From an uncultured Ruminococcus sp. (GTDB lineage Bacteria; Bacillota; Clostridia; Oscillospirales; CAG-272), in contig CAZVYZ010000003.1 in assembly GCA_964630695.1 (NCBI GenBank), positions 2,804 through 66,803 on the forward strand: 64,000 nucleotides of DNA. The letters run 5' to 3'. The position numbers and the translations under genes are program-made. This document shows, piece by piece, positions 42,598 to 50,909 of this stretch (the stretch's first letter is position 1; every line of letters starts with the position of its first letter). The notes beneath the pieces are model-generated. The model was not told where the DNA came from, did not search any database, and saw only the letters and a program-made list of their open reading frames with translations.

Positions 42598-44996
42598 TTC
42601 ACCACGAGATTCACGATTTTATTCGGAACCGAAATCTCCTTGACAACCGTTTTGCCCTCCAACTGTGCCGCAATCTTCGGGTCGGCTTTCGCCAGCGCAA
42701 TCGCTTCCTCTTTGGGGCAGTTGACGGGAATTGCCACGGTCGCGCGGACCTTGCCGTTGACCTGCACCGCCACTTCGACCGTGCTGTCAACCGTTTTCGC
42801 CTCGTCCCATTCGGGCCACGGCGCAAGCGAGCAGAAGCCCTTGCCGCCCAACGTCTCCCACATTTCCTCCGCCAGATGCGGCGCAAACGGGCAAATCAGA
42901 CGGACCAACATCGAAAGTTCCTCTTTTGTCAGGCTTCCGACCTCGTAAATTTCATTGAGCAGACTCATCATCGCGGCAATCGCGGTGTTGAATTTCAGGT
43001 CCTCAATATCCGCGGACACCTTTTTGACGGTCTTGTGGAAAGACGCTTCCAGTTTGGCGTTTCCGCCGTCGGGGCGAACCAAATCGGTCAGGTCCGCAAT
43101 GCGCTCCAGAAACCGTTTGCACCCTTTCATGGAACTTTCGTTCCACGGCGCCGCGCTTGCGTAGTCCCCCATAAAAAGGACGTAGGTCCGCAGAACGTCC
43201 GCACCGTAAACGTCCACCACGTCGTTCGGGTCCACGACGTTGCCCTTGGACTTCGACATTTTCTCGCCGTCGGGTCCGAGAATCAGCCCCTGCGCGGTCC
43301 GCTTTGCGTAAGGCTCGTCACACGGCACCACGCCGATGTCGTACAGGAACTTGTGCCAGAAGCGCGAATAAATCATATGGCGCGTCACATGTTCCATGCC
43401 GCCGTTGTACCAGTCAACCGGCATCCAGTATTTCAGTTTGTCGGGGTCTGCCAACGCCTTTTCGTTGTGCGGGTCGATATAGCGCAGGAAATACCACGAT
43501 GACCCTGCCCACTGCGGCATGGTGTCGGTCTCGCGCTTGGCATCGCCGCCGCACTTCGGGCATTTGCAGTTGACGAACGACGGAATCTTTGCAAGCGGGC
43601 TTTCCCCGCCCTCCCCGGGTTCAAAATTGTCGATTTTCGGCAGTTTCAGCGGGAGTTCGTCGTAAGGAACCGGCACCATGCCGCACGTCGGGCAATGCAC
43701 AATCGGAATCGGCTCGCCCCAATAACGCTGACGGTTGAATGCCCAGTCTTTCATCTTGTACTGCACGCCTGCCTCACCGATGCCGTTTTCGGTCAGGTAC
43801 TCGAGCATCCGCGCGATGGAATCCTTTTTGTTCGTGTATCCGTTGAGGAAATCCGAATTGACCATCTCGCCGTCCCCCGCATAGGCGCCCTTGGTGACGT
43901 CTCCGCCGCGGATGACCTCGACAATATCGATTCCGAACTTCTTTGCAAACGCCCAGTCGCGTTCGTCATGCGCGGGAACCGCCATGATAGCGCCGGTCCC
44001 GTATCCCATCATCACATAATCCGAGATGTAGATGGGAATCTCTTTGCCCGACACGGGATTGACCGCCGTCAGCCCCTCAATGCGCACGCCGGTCTTGTCC
44101 TTGACCAATTGGGTCCGCTCGAATTCGGTCTTTTTTGCGCAGTCCTCACGGTAAGCGTCCAGAGCCGCAACGTTGGAGATGCGGTCGCGGTACTTCTCTA
44201 TCACGGGATGCTCGGGCGCGATGACCATGAACGTGACACCAAACAGCGTGTCGGGACGCGTGGTGTAAATGCGCAGTTTCTCATCGGTCCCCGTCAGGGG
44301 GAAATTGACGTATGCGCCCGTCGACTTTCCAATCCAGTTGACCTGCTGCTGTTTGATGTTGGGCAGGTAATCCACGCGGTCCAGCCCCTCAAGCAACCTG
44401 TCCGCATATTCGGTGATGCGCAGATACCAGACGGTTTTCGACTTCTGCACAATCTCGCTGTGGCAGATGTCGCAGTGTCCGCCCTGCGAATCCTCGTTCG
44501 ACAGCACCACCTTGCAACTCGGGCAGTAATTGACGAGCGCCGTATCTCGGAACACCAATCCCTTTTCAAACATCTTGAGGAAAATCCACTGCGTCCAACG
44601 GTAGTAGTCCTCCTCGGTCGTGTCGATGACGCGGTCCCAGTCGAACGAGAAACCGACCCGCTTGAGTTGGGAGGTAAATTTTGCGATGTTCTTATCGGTC
44701 ACCTGCCGCGGGTGGATTCCCGTTTTGATGGCGTAGTTCTCGGTGGGAAGTCCGTAAGCGTCAAACCCGATGGGAAACAGGACGTTATAGCCCTGCATCC
44801 GCCGTTTGCGCGAAACGACCTCCAACCCCGAATACGCCTTGATATGTCCGACGTGCATTCCCGCACCCGAGGGGTACGGAAATTCCACCAACGTGTAATA
44901 CTTTGGCTTGTTGCTGTTATCCTCGGCATGGAAAGCGTCGGCTTCCTCCCACTTTTTCTGCCACTTCGGCTCAATTTCCCTGAAATTGTACTTCAT
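42594..44996 (-). CDS. leuS: Leucine--tRNA ligase
   Basis: HIGH-type motif HVGH, KMSKS and a CP1 editing domain. 800 aa. Confidence 0.97.
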   Translation of the reverse strand: MKYNFREIEPKWQKKWEEADAFHAEDNSNKPKYYTLVEFPYPSGAGMHVGHIKAYSGLEVVSRKRRMQGYNVLFPIGFDAYGLPTENYAIKTGIHPRQVTDKNIAKFTSQLKRVGFSFDWDRVIDTTEEDYYRWTQWIFLKMFEKGLVFRDTALVNYCPSCKVVLSNEDSQGGHCDICHSEIVQKSKTVWYLRITEYADRLLEGLDRVDYLPNIKQQQVNWIGKSTGAYVNFPLTGTDEKLRIYTTRPDTLFGVTFMVIAPEHPVIEKYRDRISNVAALDAYREDCAKKTEFERTQLVKDKTGVRIEGLTAVNPVSGKEIPIYISDYVMMGYGTGAIMAVPAHDERDWAFAKKFGIDIVEVIRGGDVTKGAYAGDGEMVNSDFLNGYTNKKDSIARMLEYLTENGIGEAGVQYKMKDWAFNRQRYWGEPIPIVHCPTCGMVPVPYDELPLKLPKIDNFEPGEGGESPLAKIPSFVNCKCPKCGGDAKRETDTMPQWAGSSWYFLRYIDPHNEKALADPDKLKYWMPVDWYNGGMEHVTRHMIYSRFWHKFLYDIGVVPCDEPYAKRTAQGLILGPDGEKMSKSKGNVVDPNDVVDVYGADVLRTYVLFMGDYASAAPWNESSMKGCKRFLERIADLTDLVRPDGGNAKLEASFHKTVKKVSADIEDLKFNTAIAAMMSLLNEIYEVGSLTKEELSMLVRLICPFAPHLAEEMWETLGGKGFCSLAPWPEWDEAKTVDSTVEVAVQVNGKVRATVAIPVNCPKEEAIALAKADPKIAAQLEGKTVVKEISVPNKIVNLVVK

Positions 44997-45439
44997 TTTT
45001 CGGTTTTCTCCTCTTGCTCCGCTTTCTCCGCTTTCTCGTCGATGCCGATGTAGTGAACCTCCTCCGCATCGCCGTAGAGTTTTTCCAGTTTATAAAACTC
45101 GCGCGATTCCCTGCTGAAAATGTGCAGTATCACCGTGCCGTAGTCCACCACAACCCAGTTGTTATTGTCCCGCCCCTCAAAATGCTGCGGGTTGACGCCG
45201 CGCAATCCGAGTTTGTATTCCACCTCGCCGCCGAGCGCCCGAATCTGCGTGTTGGACTGCCCCGTGCAGATAACGAAATAATCGGTCAGCACGGTCTGCT
45301 CCCGCACGCGCAGAACCTTGATGTCCTTGGCTTTCTTTGCATCCAATACGTCAAAAATCGCGTGTGCCAATTCTTCGGACGTCGCATTCGCGAGCGACGG
45401 GAGTTGCTCCGTCTGTCGTTCGGTCTTGTTTTCTTCCAT
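44993..45439 (-). CDS. rsfS: Ribosome silencing factor RsfS
   Basis: LTDYFVICTGQSNTQIRAL...WVVVDYGTVILHIF...REFYKLEKLY, plus a short K/E-rich tail. Confidence 0.85.
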   Translation of the reverse strand: MEENKTERQTEQLPSLANATSEELAHAIFDVLDAKKAKDIKVLRVREQTVLTDYFVICTGQSNTQIRALGGEVEYKLGLRGVNPQHFEGRDNNNWVVVDYGTVILHIFSRESREFYKLEKLYGDAEEVHYIGIDEKAEKAEQEEKTEK

Positions 45440-45451
45440 TTGGTTTCCTCC

Positions 45452-46429
45452 TTACGGCATCCAATCGGTCGCCGTGTATATTTTATGAAATTCCGGATGC
45501 GCGGGTCTGTCAAACACACGGTCGGGGTCAAACTCCGACCGACGGATTTCGGAAAACTCCGCAAGCGCCCGCTCCGTCTCCTTGCGGTTCAGAACATAAT
45601 ACCACGCCCCGCTGACCCCTTTTACCGCGTCGCCCGGGGCAGTCTCGGTCAGAAGCGTCGGCGATTCCGCCCGCAGGAGCGCAAACGCCAGCCGCAATGC
45701 AACCGACATCGGCATATCGGTCCGGACCTGCGGCAAAACCGAGAGACAGGCGCCGGACAGGCGGGCGGGTGACAGCGAGCGACAGGTTCGCAGGAACGCG
45801 TCCAAAAACAGTTTCTGCGCGTCCAGTCGCCCCAAATCGGCATCTGCATAGCCTGCGCGGAAGCGGACAAACTGCTCTGCCGCTTCGCCGTCCAACCGCT
45901 GTTTTCCTGCGGCAAGGTCAATTTCCAACCCCTGAATCGGGTCGCTGTAGCGCATGGCTTGCGGGATGTCGACCTCCACGCCGCCCACCGCGTCAACCGC
46001 CGCACGGACGAGGTCCAAATCGTAGACCGCCGTATAGTCAATCCGCACACCGAATGCACGGCTGAGAAACTCCCGCGTGCCGTCCGCCCCGAGCGTGTTG
46101 TAGGCGCCGTTGAGTTTTTTGTAGTCCCGCTCGGTATAATCGGCATAGGTGTCGCGCGGAATCTGAAGAATGCGCACCCTGCCGGTTCGCGGGGTCATGG
46201 AGACAAGCAAAATGCTGTCGGTCAGCGATGCGGCACGGTCACAACCGAGCATCAGGACCCGCACCTCTTCGTCTTTCACGTCCGACGGCGCGACGTCCGC
46301 CCCCTGCGCGTCACCCGCTCCGGTTCCCTCCGCTCCCATGCAGGAAGCAAGGGAAAGCAACAATGCGAGCAGGACCGCAACGCCCCGCCACGGTTGCAAC
46401 CGTTGCAACCTTTTGATAGCAGCAACCAT
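45452..46429 (-). CDS. LytR-CpsA-Psr (LCP) family protein
   Basis: LCP core SILLVSMTP...ILQIPRDTY...KLNGAY. The ATG at 46429 gives a signal-anchor start, MVAAIKRLQ...LLALLLSLASC. The track start is 46507. Confidence 0.8.
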   Translation of the reverse strand: MVAAIKRLQRLQPWRGVAVLLALLLSLASCMGAEGTGAGDAQGADVAPSDVKDEEVRVLMLGCDRAASLTDSILLVSMTPRTGRVRILQIPRDTYADYTERDYKKLNGAYNTLGADGTREFLSRAFGVRIDYTAVYDLDLVRAAVDAVGGVEVDIPQAMRYSDPIQGLEIDLAAGKQRLDGEAAEQFVRFRAGYADADLGRLDAQKLFLDAFLRTCRSLSPARLSGACLSVLPQVRTDMPMSVALRLAFALLRAESPTLLTETAPGDAVKGVSGAWYYVLNRKETERALAEFSEIRRSEFDPDRVFDRPAHPEFHKIYTATDWMP

Positions 46430-46521
46430 CCGATACCTCACTTTCCGAGGTCGCAGGACCTCTTGATGTAAGGTTGGAAGGTATGTGTCAACAGCCAAGA
46501 GCCGCAATGGTTGGATGAAGA

Positions 46522-46713
46522 TTATCCCCCCTCATCAGTCGCTTGCGCGACAGCTTCCCCCCGAGGGGAAGCCTTTTCGCGGGATGCCTTTTGTCCTTCA
46601 TATTCACACAACCGAGCGGATAACCAATACGATTTTTCAAATAGAACCGCCCGTTACAACAGGCTTCCCCTTGGGGGGAAGCTGTCGCGCAAGCGACTGA
46701 TGAGGGGGGATAA
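46522..46713. mobile_element. MITE-like element, family B (192 bp)
   Basis: 52-nt terminal inverted repeats: ttatcccccctcatcagtcgcttgcgcgacagcttccccccgaggggaagcc (46522-46573) and its complement at 46662-46713. Each arm holds an internal hairpin cttcccc..ggggaag. Confidence 0.65.
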
Positions 46714-46736
46714 ATCTGCTCCTCCGAAACAGGAAA

Positions 46737-47366
46737 TTATCCCTTCCCCCGCAACAGCTCATTCCGCGCTTCGATTGTATCGACCGCAACGGGCGTTCCC
46801 TCTTCAAGCAAATCCCGCACGGTCATGTCATACGAAAGCAGAAGCGTATCGCGAAGCAGTGCCTCCCGCGCCTGCGCCGTCATGGACTGCGGGTCCGCCC
46901 CCCAGAAGTAGCGGCGCAGAATCACGCAGTTTCGGAACGTGCGCGAATCGTCGATATAATCGGCAAGGTAAAGCAGTTTCTCGGTCAGCGTCATGTCCGC
47001 GTGTCCCGTGGTATGCCAACGGACCGCCGAAACAATCGTCGGGTCGTCGAATTCGGGGTACTCCACGGGAATCTGCGCCGCCGCGGTCCGTGCATGCAAC
47101 GTCTTGGGCGCGAGCAGGTCGTCTTCGCCAATCGGAATACCGTACGCATGGCACAGCACCACCTGCTCGGGGACCGACAGTTCCTTGGTGATGTCATGGA
47201 GCAACGCTGCCGCCCGCAATTTTGCAGTCTGTTCGGGACAGTACAGCGCGCAAAGCCGCGCAACCATGTCCTCCACCGCCAACGTGTGCCGGCAACGCTT
47301 GTCCGACAATCGCGCCCGAACGGTTTCGCGCAATCGGTTCAGTTTTTCATCGGTACTCTCTGTCAT
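46737..47366 (-). CDS. yqeK: HD-domain bis(5'-nucleosyl)-tetraphosphatase YqeK
   Basis: HD motifs RCRHTLAV and LLHDITKE. Conserved nadD-yqeK pairing. Confidence 0.85.
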   Translation of the reverse strand: MTESTDEKLNRLRETVRARLSDKRCRHTLAVEDMVARLCALYCPEQTAKLRAAALLHDITKELSVPEQVVLCHAYGIPIGEDDLLAPKTLHARTAAAQIPVEYPEFDDPTIVSAVRWHTTGHADMTLTEKLLYLADYIDDSRTFRNCVILRRYFWGADPQSMTAQAREALLRDTLLLSYDMTVRDLLEEGTPVAVDTIEARNELLRGKG

Positions 47367-47387
47367 GATACCTCACCTGCCCTTTTT

Positions 47388-47990
47388 TCAAACGTACAAA
47401 TGTTTGTCACGAATGTATTCTTCCACCGCCGGAGGAATCAATTCCCCAACCGATTCGCCCGCGCGAAGTTTTTTCCGAATATCGGAGGAAGAGACTGCCA
47501 ACGGCTCGGTGACAATCCGCCGCACGACTTTTCCGTATTTTTCATGGTATTCCGCAATTTTCCGGACCAACAAACCGTCCAAAGACGGGTCCGCTTCGCG
47601 GCGGATATAGACGGGATAGCACAGGCGGAAGATTTCTTCCGGCTCACGCCATTCGTCCAGCGTCAGCACCATGTCGGTCCCGCACAGAAGAAAGAGCCGT
47701 CGGTCCTCCCCCGCAAGTTCCCGCAAGGTGTCAACCGTGTAACTTTTTCCGCCGCGGCGGATCTCCATATCGCTGACGTACACGCCCTCCATACCGCCGA
47801 ATGCCAGACGGCACATTTCCAGTCGGTCGGCGGCGGAAACGGGGTCCGCCATCTCCTTGTGCGGCGGAAGCGCATCGGGAATCACGTAGAGAATGTCCAG
47901 CCACATCTGCTCCATGAATGCCCGCGCCGCCGCAAGATGCCCGTTGTGCGGCGGGGAAAATGTCCCGCCGTAAATGCCGATTCTCGTCAT
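47388..47990 (-). CDS. nadD: Nicotinate-nucleotide adenylyltransferase
   Basis: GGTFSPPHNGH (HxGH-type) and the ISSSDIR-like SSSDIRKKL. Confidence 0.9.
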   Translation of the reverse strand: MTRIGIYGGTFSPPHNGHLAAARAFMEQMWLDILYVIPDALPPHKEMADPVSAADRLEMCRLAFGGMEGVYVSDMEIRRGGKSYTVDTLRELAGEDRRLFLLCGTDMVLTLDEWREPEEIFRLCYPVYIRREADPSLDGLLVRKIAEYHEKYGKVVRRIVTEPLAVSSSDIRKKLRAGESVGELIPPAVEEYIRDKHLYV

Positions 47991-48280
47991 CGGGGCAGTT
48001 CAATCACGGGCTTTTTGGAGGACGGGCGGTACAGGACCACCTTTTTCCCCGTCACCGAAACGACGTCGGCGTTCAGAGCCTCTGCCAGTGCATCCGCCAC
48101 GCTTCTCGCGGTTTCTCCGCTGTTTTCCAGGACGTTGAATTTCACCAGTTCCCGCGCTTCAAGCGCATCGGAAAAGGTTTTGGTCAGATTCTCGGAAAGT
48201 CCGCCTTTCCCCACCTGCATAATGGCGGGAATGTCGTTTGCCAGTCCGCGCAGATACGCGCGCTGTTTTGATGTGATCAT
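47987..48280 (-). CDS. yhbY: Ribosome-assembly RNA-binding protein YhbY (CRM domain)
   Basis: LTSKQRAYLRGLANDIPAIMQVGKGGLS...RELVKFNVL. The ATG at 48280 follows GGGGAG. The track start is 48319. Confidence 0.85.
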   Translation of the reverse strand: MITSKQRAYLRGLANDIPAIMQVGKGGLSENLTKTFSDALEARELVKFNVLENSGETARSVADALAEALNADVVSVTGKKVVLYRPSSKKPVIELPR

Positions 48281-48297
48281 ATTCGTGTTCTCCCCAA

Positions 48298-48789
48298 TCA
48301 GTCTTTCGCGGTACTCCACCCCTGCGAGGCAAGGGATTCAAAGATTTCTTCCGCCGCACCGCTGAGAATGCAGATATACTGCGTCTCGTTCAGAAACACC
48401 CGCAACGTCGTGTCATCCTCCAGATAAACCGACCGAACGTCCTCGCGGGTCAGTTCCATACAGGTTTTCTCTTTCCCCTGCGTCATCAGGACCATGGTCC
48501 CGTCCGTCAGGATAAAGTATCCGCCGAACGCCCCTCTCGGCGAGCGGAACAGGACCCGCTCGTCAAAGAGAAACGGACCCTTAATCTTTGCTTTGAGCCG
48601 TTCCAAGGGCAGATTCTGCAGGTAGAGTACGAACGGCAGAATAAGCGTTACCAGCACCGCAACGCTCACGCCGCCAATCACGCCGTACTCCCACCGCGTG
48701 AACATCCACGTCAGCGAACCGACGAGAAGCCCCGCGCAGGTGGCAATCCACCGCGTTGCGGGAGAGAGAAAATAATCGGAATACTTCAT
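48298..48789 (-). CDS. Hypothetical two-TM membrane protein with a small soluble C-terminal domain
   Basis: Two N-terminal TM helices. No recognised motif. 4-nt overlap with rdgB. Confidence 0.5.
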   Translation of the reverse strand: MKYSDYFLSPATRWIATCAGLLVGSLTWMFTRWEYGVIGGVSVAVLVTLILPFVLYLQNLPLERLKAKIKGPFLFDERVLFRSPRGAFGGYFILTDGTMVLMTQGKEKTCMELTREDVRSVYLEDDTTLRVFLNETQYICILSGAAEEIFESLASQGWSTAKD

Positions 48790-49415
48790 TTTCCCACGCC
48801 GCCCTCCGTCAGCCGCCGTTTCAGTTCCCGCGCAAACAGGCGCATGGCTTGCCCGCGATGCGAAACGGCATTCTTTTCCTCGGCAGAGAGTTCCGCAAAG
48901 GTCTTGCCGAGCGGCGGATAGAAGAACAGCGGGTCATAGCCGAAGCCGCCGTTTCCGTGATACTCCCGCAGCAGCCTGCCGCGCGCTTCACCGCGAACGG
49001 TGAATTCGCTCCCGTCCGGAAGCACGCAGGCAATCGCGCAGACAAACGCCGCGCCGCGCTCCGCATCGGGGACCTGTTCCATCTTCCGCAGAACCAACCG
49101 GTTGTTCGCCCCGTCGTTGTGGTCGTCGGCTTCGCCGCACCGCGCGGCATACCGCGCCGACCAAATCCCGGGTTCGCCATTCAGCGCGTCCACCGTCAGT
49201 CCCGAATCATCCGCCACACCGATTCTGCCGCCGCGCGCCGCCACGCTTGCTTTGATGAGCGCGTTCTCCTCAAAGGTCGCGCCGTCCTCGACAATGTCCT
49301 CGGTTACGCCCACGTCATCAAGCGACAGAACTTTCACCTCGGGCAGCAACTCCGCCATCAGGGTGCGCATTTCGGCAATCTTTTTCGGATTGCGGGATGC
49401 CAATACCATCGTCAT
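48786..49415 (-). CDS. rdgB: XTP/dITP diphosphatase (RdgB/HAM1 family)
   Basis: ASRNPKKIAE, ...DDSGLTVDAL...GFGYDPLF. Confidence 0.9.
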   Translation of the reverse strand: MTMVLASRNPKKIAEMRTLMAELLPEVKVLSLDDVGVTEDIVEDGATFEENALIKASVAARGGRIGVADDSGLTVDALNGEPGIWSARYAARCGEADDHNDGANNRLVLRKMEQVPDAERGAAFVCAIACVLPDGSEFTVRGEARGRLLREYHGNGGFGYDPLFFYPPLGKTFAELSAEEKNAVSHRGQAMRLFARELKRRLTEGGVGK

Positions 49416-49424
49416 CCGCTCACC

Positions 49425-50909
49425 TCATCCCTCAAACAGCGCGCGGACGAATTCGGTGCGGTCGAATTCCTGCATATCGTCCAATTTCTCGCCGACACCG
49501 ATGAATTTCACGGGAATATTCAGTTCCTTGCGGATGGAAATGATGATACCGCCCTTTGCGGTTCCGTCCAATTTATTGAGAATCAGTCCCGTCAGCGCCG
49601 CCGCATTTTTGAATTCCTTTGCCTGAATGATTGCGTTCTGACCCGTGGTCGCATCCAGAACCAACAGGTTCTCGCGACTTACCCCGGGCAGTTCGCGGTC
49701 AATCACACGGTTGATTTTCGCCAACTCATTCATCAGGTTGGTCTTGTTGTGGAGCCGTCCCGCCGTGTCGATAATCAGTACGTCGGCATTCTTGTTTTTC
49801 GCCGCGTGGCAGGCATCAAAAACCACTGCCGCAGGGTCGCTCCCCTCGTTCTGGCGGACCAAATCCACCTTTGCCCGCTCGCACCAGACCGCCAATTGGT
49901 CAATCGCCGCCGCGCGGAACGTGTCCGCCGCCGCCACAATGACCTTTTTGCCCTCTTTGCGCAGGCGATTCGCGATTTTGCCGATGGAGGTCGTCTTGCC
50001 CACGCCGTTGACACCGATGACCAGAATCACCGACGGCACGGTTTCGAGTTTCAACTTCTCTCCCTCGCCAATCATCCGCTCCAGAATCCCCTGCAAAGCG
50101 CCCATGACCTGCTCTTTTTCCTTGAGCCTGCCGTCCTTAATCTGCTCGCGAAGTTCTTCAATGATTTCTTCGGATGCGTTCACGCCGACGTCAGCACAGA
50201 TTAACAGTTCCTCCAATTCTTCCAAGAGGTCCTCGTCGACCTTGACGAAATTCTTGAGCAGGTCGTTAATCTGACCGAACAGCGCGTTCTTGGTCTTGCT
50301 CAGTCCCGCCTTGACGCGGCTCCAGAACGATTTCTTCTCTTTCTTTTTCTCCTCACCCGTCAGCGGCGCCTCCTCCGCGGGTTCTGCAAGTTCTTCAGGT
50401 TCCGCGGGTTCCTCCGCGTCCGGAACAGGTTCGGGTTCCGTTTCGGTCACCGCTTCCGGCTCCGGCTCGGATGTAGCCTCGGAGATTTCCTCCGAGACAG
50501 GACTGGGTCCTTTCTCCGGTTCTTTCTCCGGTTCTTTCTCCGGCTCTGCCTCGGGGGTCAGTTCCGGTTCGGTGACGGGAATCACCTCGGGCGCGGGTTC
50601 CGCATCGGTTCCCTTATCGGGTTGCGGGTCGGGCTTCTCCGGCATCTCGGGAAGCGGCTCGGATACCTCCTCCCTGAGATCCGGAATAATCGGTTGCAGG
50701 GGCGCTTCCGGCGCGGCAGGCTCGGTTGGAGCCACGGGAACTTCGGGAACAATCTCGGGCTTCGGGGTCTCCGTTTCCCGTTTCGGTTCTTCAGCCGGTT
50801 CCTCCGTTTTCTCGGCTTTTTCCGTTTTTTCTTCGGTTACAAGGGGTTCTTCAACTGCGGCATCCTCTTTTTTCTTTTTTCTGCCGAACAGTTTATCCAA
50901 AAATCCCAT
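49425..50909 (-). CDS. ftsY: Signal recognition particle receptor FtsY with a long acidic N-terminal extension
   Basis: C-terminal NG domain (GVNGVGKTTSIGK, DTAGR, TKLDGTAKGG). N-terminal ~190 aa are P/E-rich low complexity. Confidence 0.9.
   Translation of the reverse strand: MGFLDKLFGRKKKKEDAAVEEPLVTEEKTEKAEKTEEPAEEPKRETETPKPEIVPEVPVAPTEPAAPEAPLQPIIPDLREEVSEPLPEMPEKPDPQPDKGTDAEPAPEVIPVTEPELTPEAEPEKEPEKEPEKGPSPVSEEISEATSEPEPEAVTETEPEPVPDAEEPAEPEELAEPAEEAPLTGEEKKKEKKSFWSRVKAGLSKTKNALFGQINDLLKNFVKVDEDLLEELEELLICADVGVNASEEIIEELREQIKDGRLKEKEQVMGALQGILERMIGEGEKLKLETVPSVILVIGVNGVGKTTSIGKIANRLRKEGKKVIVAAADTFRAAAIDQLAVWCERAKVDLVRQNEGSDPAAVVFDACHAAKNKNADVLIIDTAGRLHNKTNLMNELAKINRVIDRELPGVSRENLLVLDATTGQNAIIQAKEFKNAAALTGLILNKLDGTAKGGIIISIRKELNIPVKFIGVGEKLDDMQEFDRTEFVRALFEG

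Noticed and set aside
44997-45439. Looked for a T-box leader upstream of leuS
   Set aside because: rsfS overlaps the leuS start by 4 nt, so there is no leader region and no specifier or T-box sequence.
46485-46700. Small ORFs running through the MITE-like elements (also 56391-56698 and 27837-28085)
   Set aside because: They are made of inverted-repeat sequence read in both directions. No SD. The peptides mirror each other. Annotation artefacts.
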